From assembly GCA_034933545.1 (NCBI GenBank), contig JAYFNH010000013.1, positions 2,125 to 66,124 on the forward strand: a stretch of DNA of 64,000 bases. Direction: 5' to 3'. The translations under genes and the position numbers were made by a program. Shown in pieces: positions 8,117 to 14,956 of this stretch. The first letter of the stretch is position 1. The number at the start of each line of letters is the position of its first letter. This stretch comes from Oscillibacter sp. (GTDB lineage Bacteria; Bacillota; Clostridia; Oscillospirales; Oscillospiraceae). Under the pieces are notes generated by a model, which saw nothing but the letters and a program-made list of their open reading frames with translations, did no database searches and was not told the DNA's origin.

Positions 8117-9043
8117 TCATTTCGGTTGATAGAGTTTTTCTCCGCGGGTAAAGGCGGACAGCGCGTCTAAAGCCAGCAGGGCTTTTTCCTGCGGCATCTG
8201 TTCGTCGAACCCCTCCGCGCCCTTTTGATGCACATATCTTTTTCCGTTTTTAAAATGCAGCAAGCTTTCACCCAGCGAGATGCCGTTTTTGATAAAGCGA
8301 CTGTCCGTAAAGGGGTCGATGCCCTGTGCCGTAAGAGCGATAATGCACTCCGCTGTGCTCTCGCAGTTGTCAAAATCCCCTGTGGGCTGCTGTATATCAG
8401 ATAGCGCCGTCACACACAAGTCCAGAAAAGCGGCTACCTCTGGTTGCTGCTTGTAATAGGCCAGTGCCTGCATCGTCATAGCAGTGTAATCAGAAAAACG
8501 GGGATCTTTATAAATTTCCTCCTCACGGTTTTTATCCAGCAGATAGCGGATGTAATCCGCTTCGTGGGCCAGAGGGATACCTGACACCTGTGAGGCAATC
8601 AGCGCGAAACTGGCGGCATTCATTCCCTGCCGGACGACCTTGTCATAGTCGTCCAGCGGTGCAGTTATGTCGTAGCCTTCTACGTCGGTGGGATCTTTGC
8701 CGATGGCACACAAGGCAATGGTCAGTCGTGCATAGGTGGTATAGTAGCGGTCAGTCAGCTGCCCCTTGACGCCTTTGACCGATGCGCGGATACTGTCCCA
8801 GTAGGCGTTGAGGTAGTCCTCCTTCACAGTCGTGCCGCTTTTAACAAGGCCAATGACAGCCCACTCGCCGCCTACGGATCCAAGAACCGGAGCGGGGACG
8901 GTTCTCAGCACCTGCGAAGCAGCGCTCTTTACCTCGGAGGGGAGACCTTTTTGCAGGGACTCACTGCCGCAGCCGGTAAGAAGGAGGCCTATGCAGACGA
9001 TCAGACACAGCGTACGATCAATTTTGGCTTTTCTTTTTTCCAT
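8117..9043 (-). CDS. Lipoprotein with prenyltransferase/squalene-oxidase-like alpha-alpha barrel repeats
   Basis: Lipobox LLTGC; helical repeats YARL.IAL.A.G.DP, D.TAM..QALA.Y, Q...GDF.N.ESTA..I.AL...GIDP. Confidence 0.75.
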   Translation of the reverse strand: MEKRKAKIDRTLCLIVCIGLLLTGCGSESLQKGLPSEVKSAASQVLRTVPAPVLGSVGGEWAVIGLVKSGTTVKEDYLNAYWDSIRASVKGVKGQLTDRYYTTYARLTIALCAIGKDPTDVEGYDITAPLDDYDKVVRQGMNAASFALIASQVSGIPLAHEADYIRYLLDKNREEEIYKDPRFSDYTAMTMQALAYYKQQPEVAAFLDLCVTALSDIQQPTGDFDNCESTAECIIALTAQGIDPFTDSRFIKNGISLGESLLHFKNGKRYVHQKGAEGFDEQMPQEKALLALDALSAFTRGEKLYQPK

Positions 9044-11057
9044 GCCGGTGCCCCTTTTCTTTCAATTCCGCCCGCAGCTGATGCAGAAGATCGCTGCGTT
9101 CTGCCTCTGTAACAGCATAGGGGCTGTAAGCGGCTCTGTTGCCCAACTCGGCAGCAGAGACGGTGATGGGCAGACGCTGACAAAGCATATAGCCATAGAT
9201 GGCGCTGGCGGCGGTTTTCGGATCGCCTTTTCGGAAGAGATACTGCCGCCGGTAAGTTTCACGCAGCCGGCGAAAAAGGTGCAGCAGTAACTCAGCCAAA
9301 AGAAACGCGGCAAGGAGTGACAAAGCCGCAATGACAATAATGCGGATGATCTTCTCCCAGCTTCTGTTGCTGTCACCGCCCTGGTCGGGAACATTTTCCT
9401 GGCTGCTGTTGTCCGTTCCTGTTTCTCCAAAGGAGCTGTGTACCGACTCGTTGGAAATACCAATGGAGAGATCCGCTTCCTCCATGACGCCTTCATAGGA
9501 AGGACAGACCTCGATAGGAACAAAACCCACGCCGTCCACATAGATCTCCACCCAGGCGTGAGCCATGGAGCGGGGGACTTGAACCGTTTTACCGGCCATC
9601 TGCGGTGTGATGAGATAGCCCTCCACATAACGGGCGGGAATGCCGTAATAACGAAACATCATGGCCGCCGCTGTGGCGTACTGCACATCATAGCCTTTAC
9701 CGGAGGAGAGAAAATCCTGAAGAGCGGTACTGCTGGTGACAACGGCACCCCGGTTTTCCATGTAGATGAAATTTTCCGAAAAATAGGTCTTTATTTTTTC
9801 AATGGCTGCTTTGTAACCGATATGTCCCCGGCTCTGGTCGCCCTCGCTCCCAACGGCATTTGCGAGCAGCTCCCTGGTCTGTCGGGAGATGTAGGCGTAA
9901 TGGCCGTACACAAATTCGTTGTAATAACTCTCGTCCGTCAGGTAGGCGGAAAGAGCGGGGGAATCCTTGGTAAATACTTCCGAGGCAACAGTGGTCCAGT
10001 TTTTTACAGCACTGCCGCTGACCGGGTAGGAATAGCTGCCAAAACGGTGGAGCCCGGTGTTTTTTACGGCGCTGCCGGTGAGATTTTTGCCGTCTTCCAC
10101 GCCCTCTGTGCCGATTTCATAGGGGACATAGGCGTAGCGCTTGTCGGCGGTGTCAGCCCGAACGGTGACCGCATTGACTGTTGTGTTCGGTAAGGTGAGG
10201 CTGGCAGCCTGTCCCAACTGTCCCAAGGGGGAAAAGCCATCCTCCCGCAGCCAATAAAAGAGATTTTGGTTCTCATATTGCAGGCCGGGGGAGAGAGCGC
10301 TCCAGCGGGTTCCGTTGAACACCTCGCCCACGAAACCGCGCAGATACAGGGACTGAGGCTCCGCCATGGTCACAGTCAGCGCTATACCGTCGCCGGTGTC
10401 GCGCCGTCTTTCGGCCATGTTCCCGTCGCTCAGGGGCGATGTACCGTAATAGGCACCGCGCAGAGCTGTGACGGCACTTTGCCGCAGCTGCGTCAGTGCG
10501 GCGGGCTTTTGCAGCAAGCTGGAAGAGCCTGGCAGCAAAAACAGCGCCGCCAGCAGCGCCGTCGCTCCGGCGGTGAACCATATGCCCTGCCACCGAATGC
10601 CTTCCGGATTTTCTGCCAGCAGAGCGAGTCCTGCTGCGCCGAAAAGGAAACACAAAGCGGCCGTAGAGGGACGCAGTCCCAAACACAGCGGCGGAAGAAG
10701 TGCCAGCAGCACAAAGACGCACACGGCCCATTTGCGTCCCAGACGAATCACCAGATATGACAGTGCCATCAGTACCAGCAGCAATGACCATAAAAACAGA
10801 CCGTTGCCCGCACTTTCTGCCGCCAGCTTTTCCATACCCTGCCCGGAGACGCTGCCAACAGCGGCGGCGGCATTATTCCATGTTTTGGCAAGGCCGCCGC
10901 CAAAGGTTCCCATACTGCCAGATACGAGAGAACCCAGAACAAAAAAACTGCTTTCAAGCCAGAAAACAGCGGCGCCCAGTAATAAAGCGGCAACGCCCCC
11001 ATGAAACTTATTCTTCGGATAAGAAGGATGCAGGCTCGTACACATTAACCTGCCCAT
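9018..11057 (-). CDS. Membrane protein with transglutaminase-like domain (start uncertain)
   Basis: Several N-terminal TM helices; LRGFVG..F.G..W; core GYDVQYATAAAMMFRYYGIPARYVEGY and AHAWVE; C-terminal TM. Confidence 0.85.
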   Translation of the reverse strand: MGRLMCTSLHPSYPKNKFHGGVAALLLGAAVFWLESSFFVLGSLVSGSMGTFGGGLAKTWNNAAAAVGSVSGQGMEKLAAESAGNGLFLWSLLLVLMALSYLVIRLGRKWAVCVFVLLALLPPLCLGLRPSTAALCFLFGAAGLALLAENPEGIRWQGIWFTAGATALLAALFLLPGSSSLLQKPAALTQLRQSAVTALRGAYYGTSPLSDGNMAERRRDTGDGIALTVTMAEPQSLYLRGFVGEVFNGTRWSALSPGLQYENQNLFYWLREDGFSPLGQLGQAASLTLPNTTVNAVTVRADTADKRYAYVPYEIGTEGVEDGKNLTGSAVKNTGLHRFGSYSYPVSGSAVKNWTTVASEVFTKDSPALSAYLTDESYYNEFVYGHYAYISRQTRELLANAVGSEGDQSRGHIGYKAAIEKIKTYFSENFIYMENRGAVVTSSTALQDFLSSGKGYDVQYATAAAMMFRYYGIPARYVEGYLITPQMAGKTVQVPRSMAHAWVEIYVDGVGFVPIEVCPSYEGVMEEADLSIGISNESVHSSFGETGTDNSSQENVPDQGGDSNRSWEKIIRIIVIAALSLLAAFLLAELLLHLFRRLRETYRRQYLFRKGDPKTAASAIYGYMLCQRLPITVSAAELGNRAAYSPYAVTEAERSDLLHQLRAELKEKGHRHGKKKSQN

Positions 11058-12099
11058 ACTGCATCAGCCTTTCTTTATCCCTCTGAGTGTATGTGATCCA
11101 CACATAAGTCCCATAGGGTTTTTCTTCGTTTGCGGCAATCAAATGAGCCACAGTGGAGGATTCGTCTGCGGCATAGGGGGCGCAGAGTATCTCGCGGGCA
11201 CTCTCCCAAAAATCATTTTCCGAGGCCACAGGCTTTGTGACAAATTGTGAAAACCGGTAGTCATACCAACTTACACAGTGGGACAGCCCCCGCTGCCACA
11301 GCGTATAGGAAAGGGAGATCGCCAGTTCGGCGGCATTACTGCGCTGCTGCGCCGTCAACTCCTGCTCGGGCTCCATATCCCGATCCAGCAGGATCAAAAG
11401 CTTGCTATCCACGGGAAGACCGTACTCCTTCACCTGCACATCGCCCAACTTTCCCGACAGCTTCCAGTGGATGGCTTTCATACTGTCACCCGGCATATAG
11501 GAACGAATGGCAAAAATATCAGAGGGGTCATCGCCTCGGCGGGCGGCGGAATAGCGGAAGCTCTCCATGTCGTAGGCTTCAAATGCGTCATCTTGCAGGG
11601 GAAGCTGGGCAGGACGGGGAAAGCAGTAAACAGACGCCCGGGCCTGGACGGGCCGCTTTCGTGTCAGAAGACGAAAAGGATCGCCCACCCGCACTTCTTT
11701 TATGGAAAGCTCTGCGCAGCCGCAGAGTTCGTTTTGTACCGAAAAGGGGAAAACCACGGTTTTTCCTCCCCCAGCCGCAAAAGAAAATTGCTCCTCCGCA
11801 TCGTCGCCGGTGAGCAGATTACGAATGGAGAGGGTGACATCACAGGAAAAAACCGAAAATCGGCTGTCGTTTTTGATGGTGATTTTCACTTCGGCGCTCT
11901 GGCCCTTTTCCGTTCGGGAAGGCGCCGCTATGTGCCATGTCAGATGTCGCCCTCCGCCGAATGCGGCTATGGCGGCCAGCACCAACATGATAATGGCGCC
12001 GGACAGCAGAAAGGAACCTGTCTTTCCTTCGGTGGCCAGATAGAACAAAAGGAGGACCGCGGCCGTAGCCGCCATGCCGATATAATGCCGTTTTGTCAT
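11008..12099 (-). CDS. DUF58 domain protein
   Basis: N-terminal TMs; GDDPSDIFAIRSYMPGDSMKAIHWKLSGK..VKEY signature. Confidence 0.9.
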   Translation of the reverse strand: MTKRHYIGMAATAAVLLLFYLATEGKTGSFLLSGAIIMLVLAAIAAFGGGRHLTWHIAAPSRTEKGQSAEVKITIKNDSRFSVFSCDVTLSIRNLLTGDDAEEQFSFAAGGGKTVVFPFSVQNELCGCAELSIKEVRVGDPFRLLTRKRPVQARASVYCFPRPAQLPLQDDAFEAYDMESFRYSAARRGDDPSDIFAIRSYMPGDSMKAIHWKLSGKLGDVQVKEYGLPVDSKLLILLDRDMEPEQELTAQQRSNAAELAISLSYTLWQRGLSHCVSWYDYRFSQFVTKPVASENDFWESAREILCAPYAADESSTVAHLIAANEEKPYGTYVWITYTQRDKERLMQYGQVNVYEPASFLSEE

Positions 12100-13052
12100 G
12101 CTTGCCGCGCCCCGGCGCCGGACATGGTAGGCGCCGTGACGCCGGAGAGTACCTCTGCCAGTACCGTATCCACTGTCTGCTGTGAAAGTTGGGCTTTGGG
12201 CTTAAGCAAGACTCTGTGGCGGCAGACATCCGGAAATACGTCCTTTACGTCTTCGGGGATCACATACGTCCGTCCCTCCACATAGGCTTTGGCCCGAGCC
12301 ATGCCGAAAAGCGCCAAAGCGCCACGGGGGCTCAGACCCAGACGAACCACGTCGTGGGCTCTGGTGGCTTCTGCCAGCAGAGCGATATAAGTACAGATCT
12401 TTTCATCTACAAAGACCGATCTTACCTCTTCTTTCAGTTCTTCAATGTCCTCGGCGGCGGCAACACAGGCAATATGAGCCAGCGGATCGTCTTTTTCCCG
12501 GTCACGAAGGATCGTCACCTGCGTTTTGAGGTCTGGGTAACCGATGGAGAGCTGAATCATGAACCGATCCAGCTGCGCTTCCGGCAGCATTTGCGTTCCG
12601 GCTGTTCCAAGTGGATTTTGTGTTGCCATGACAATAAAAGGGGAGGGAACAGCGTGTGAAGTCCCGTCAACGGTGATTTTGCCCTCCTGCATGACCTCCA
12701 GCAGTGCCGACTGGGTTTTGCTGGACGTGCGGTTGATCTCATCGGCGAGCAGAAAGTTGCACAGTGCCGCGCCTGTCTGATACCGAAACGCTCCTGCCTG
12801 TTTGTCATACATGGAAAAGCCCGTGATGTCCGAAGGGACCACGTCGGGCGTAAACTGAACCCGGTTGAAGGTCAGCCCCATGGCTTTGCTGAAAGCCAGC
12901 GCCAGAGTTGTCTTTCCCACACCGGGAATGTCCTCCAGCAGGATATGCCCACCAGCCAAAATGGCTGTCATTACTTTTTCCACCACATCGCCTTTTCCCA
13001 CGATGGCTTTTTCCACTTCTTTTTTAATGGCCTCCACACGCTCTTGCTTCAT
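12096..13052 (-). CDS. moxR: MoxR-family AAA+ ATPase
   Basis: GGHILLEDIPGVGKT, RVQFTPD..PSDITG, LLADEINRTSSKTQSALLEVMQE, ATQNP, LPEAQLDRF. Confidence 0.95.
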   Translation of the reverse strand: MKQERVEAIKKEVEKAIVGKGDVVEKVMTAILAGGHILLEDIPGVGKTTLALAFSKAMGLTFNRVQFTPDVVPSDITGFSMYDKQAGAFRYQTGAALCNFLLADEINRTSSKTQSALLEVMQEGKITVDGTSHAVPSPFIVMATQNPLGTAGTQMLPEAQLDRFMIQLSIGYPDLKTQVTILRDREKDDPLAHIACVAAAEDIEELKEEVRSVFVDEKICTYIALLAEATRAHDVVRLGLSPRGALALFGMARAKAYVEGRTYVIPEDVKDVFPDVCRHRVLLKPKAQLSQQTVDTVLAEVLSGVTAPTMSGAGARQA

Positions 13053-13164
13053 CCCTATTTTCTCTCCTTTATCTGTGTGTCATTTTTTAAACAGCAAATA
13101 GCTGCCGCAGCCGTTTTTCCGCAAATGCAATAAACTCCGAATCCAATGTGATGCGGACGGAAAA

Positions 13165-13348
13165 ATCTACAAGCGGGTCTTCTGACTTGCGCACGATGGT
13201 TCTCATTTGCCTTCCCAAAGAATCAGTGACTGGCTTTCGCCGTGAATGAGAGCCTCCGCGCTTACAGCAGCGGTACCATACAGGATTTTCACCTGTTTTC
13301 CTGTACGCCTCTTTCCTCTGATGGCAGGAAAAGAGACACTTGAATATG
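13165..13348 (-). ncRNA. Cobalamin riboswitch (upstream of moxR operon)
   Basis: AGGAAAACAGGTGAAAATCCTGTATGGTACCGCTGCTGTAA ... GTCACTG ... TTTGGGAAGG ... AAGTCAGAAGACCCGC core motifs. Confidence 0.9.
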
Positions 13349-13365
13349 GATTCAATTCGTATTTT

Positions 13366-13414
13366 GCGGCGGCAGGGAGGGAAGCCCGTGTCATCCGGGG
13401 CTTCCCTCCGCCGC
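13366..13414. other. GC-rich hairpin between the 102-aa ORF and the second riboswitch
   Basis: GGAGGGAAGCCC / GGGCTTCCCTCC stem extended by GCGGC arms; T-run only on the plus strand, so not a clear terminator in the sense direction. Confidence 0.55.
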
Positions 13415-13454
13415 TTTATCATGGAAGGCAGATATGCTGCCGGGACTTGCTAAG

Positions 13455-13763
13455 TCAGCAGGGCTGATTTCCTTCCGCCTGCGGCCAAAAGAGCACATAG
13501 CATTCGGCCATTTCACCCATATAAAAGAAAATATTTTCGCCCATTTCAATATGCCTGCCAAAGGTGAGATCCGGAATAAAAAGCCTCGCACTGGTGCGCT
13601 TGTGGCCCTTGATCGTCAGTCCCTCCGGCGTGGGCGCGTCACGCAGCTGCCGTGCCGCTTCCGCCAGACCCGGGAACTTCAGATTTTGTTCCAGACGGGT
13701 CAGATCCTTTTCGGCGTTGACGTACACCAGATGGTCCTGGTCCATAAACCAATTCATGTTCAT
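13455..13763 (-). CDS. Hypothetical protein (102 aa) under a cobalamin riboswitch
   Basis: AAGGAG RBS before ATG 13763 (MNMNWFMDQD...); the longer track start lies inside the riboswitch leader. Confidence 0.75.
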   Translation of the reverse strand: MNMNWFMDQDHLVYVNAEKDLTRLEQNLKFPGLAEAARQLRDAPTPEGLTIKGHKRTSARLFIPDLTFGRHIEMGENIFFYMGEMAECYVLFWPQAEGNQPC

Positions 13764-13805
13764 AGCCAATCTCCTTTTCACATCTTGATGAGTTGCAAAA
13801 GCATA

Positions 13806-13833
13806 AAAAAACTGCGGCAGCCAAAAGCTGCCG
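13806..13833 (-). terminator. Riboswitch attenuator terminator
   Basis: Minus strand GGCTGCGGCAGC-TTTT-GGCTGCCGCAG-TTTTTTT between the aptamer and the RBS. Confidence 0.75.
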
Positions 13834-13888
13834 CAGCCGATATTTCTGCGCCACAAAACTCCCTGCCCGTCACGCGCGGTCGGAGCAA

Positions 13889-14071
13889 CATTCAAGCAGG
13901 TCTTCTGACTGGCGCTTCTTCAGTTCCCTCGCGGCCTTCCCAATTTCTCAGTGGCTTACTTTCGTCATGCGAGGGGACCTCCACGCTTACAGCGGCGGTA
14001 CCGTACAGGGTTTTCACCTGTTTCACTATTCTCCTGTGCAGCCTGATACGGCAACGCAGGCACTTGAATGA
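13889..14071 (-). ncRNA. Cobalamin riboswitch (upstream of the 102-aa ORF)
   Basis: P1 CATTCAAG/CTTGAATG; GAAACAGGTGAAAACCCTGTACGGTACCGCCGCTGTAA, GCCACTG, TGGGAAGG, CCAGTCAGAAGACCTGC. Confidence 0.92.
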
Positions 14072-14095
14072 TTTCTTAAATATTTTATTGTTTTT

Positions 14096-14124
14096 ATATT
14101 AACAGCATTACCTGCCTTTGTCAA
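14096..14124 (-). promoter_or_regulatory. Sigma-A promoter of the leftward B12 transcript
   Basis: TTGACA, 17 bp, TAATAT on the minus strand. Confidence 0.75.
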
Positions 14125-14184
14125 GAAGACGCGGCCAAAGACACAAAACTGACCGAAGAGAGGGACTTGATTTTCAAATGGGGC

Positions 14185-14213
14185 TTTACAAATGGGGAGG
14201 AACCATTTATACT
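14185..14213 (+). promoter_or_regulatory. Sigma-A promoter of the rightward B12 transcript
   Basis: TTTACA, 17 bp, TATACT. Confidence 0.75.
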
Positions 14214-14245
14214 AGCATTAATTTAACAAAAGAAGGAATATTTAG

Positions 14246-14351
14246 CAAACAGTTTCGTTTGACGAATAAAAGGGAAACCCGGTGTGATTCCGGTGCAACC
14301 ACCATTGCCGTATTTGGGATGTCGCCCATAAGCCGGAGGACTTACTGTTTG
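14246..14351 (+). ncRNA. Short (class II-like) cobalamin riboswitch
   Basis: P1 CAAACAGT/ACTGTTTG; AAAAGGGAAACCCGGTGTGATTCCGGTGCAACC...GCCGTA; AAGCCGGAGGAC; lacks the long P8-P12 extension. Confidence 0.85.
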
Positions 14352-14504
14352 TGATGGTCATCTTACACTTTTGGGTGAAGGAAAAGTGCAGCCGTAGAAC
14401 GCTTGGCACTTTTTCCGGAAAATGTCAGGTTTCTTCTGTTGCACGTTAGCGCCTCTCGCTGAAAAGTGAGGGGCGCTTTATTGCTGAAAAGGGGGAAACA
14501 CCGT

Positions 14505-14798
14505 ATGGCTTCAAATCTGACAAAAGAGGATATGATAGCGCTGCTGCAGGCAAAAGCGGCGACATTGGGATGCCTTCCCCAAAAATCTGATTTTTCTGAA
14601 TATGAAGTCTCAATGATCAAGGCCTATTTCGGCCCTTGGCCCCGAGCACTGGAGGCGGCTGGCATCAAGGAGATCAGTCAAAACTATCTGCGCAAGAAAA
14701 AAAGCCATAAAAAGAAACGGATCGAGTCCAAGGTTCGTAAGCGGGTCTACAAAGCCACACGAAATAACACAATTGAAGATAAGGATAAAGTTCGGTGA
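14505..14798 (+). CDS. Homing-endonuclease-associated repeat (HNH_repeat-like) protein, 97 aa
   Basis: KEDMIALLQAKAATLGCLPQKSDF...IKAYFGPWPRALEAAG motif and a very basic C-terminus. Confidence 0.75.
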   Translation: MASNLTKEDMIALLQAKAATLGCLPQKSDFSEYEVSMIKAYFGPWPRALEAAGIKEISQNYLRKKKSHKKKRIESKVRKRVYKATRNNTIEDKDKVR

Positions 14799-14857
14799 AA
14801 TTCCGTCACAACCGCCATTTCCGTGTTTGAGCATGGCTCATCAGTCGGAAACATCCT
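14782..14857 (+). ncRNA. Degenerate short cobalamin-riboswitch-like element overlapping the upstream stop codon
   Basis: TTCGGTGAAATTCCGTCACAACCGCCATTTCCGTG...AGTCGGAAAC parallels the 14246 aptamer; AGGAT/ATCCT closing stem; no AGGGAA. Confidence 0.45.
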
Positions 14858-14885
14858 GCTACAGCACTTTGGGAAGATAAAACGG

Positions 14886-14930
14886 AGGGTGCTCGGCTGC
14901 CTGCCAAGGCAGTCGGGCACCTTCTTTTTT
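14886..14930 (+). terminator. Leader terminator before the DUF4430 surface protein
   Basis: AGGGTGCTCGGCTGCCT / AGGCAGTCGGGCACCTT then TTTTTT, upstream of the AGGAGG RBS. Confidence 0.75.
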
Positions 14931-14956
14931 ATAAAAAATTGAATTAGGAGGACGAG

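Noticed and set aside
13434-14102. 222-aa plus-strand ORF across the riboswitch
   Set aside because: Antisense to a riboswitch and a gene with a proper RBS; no protein-like features.
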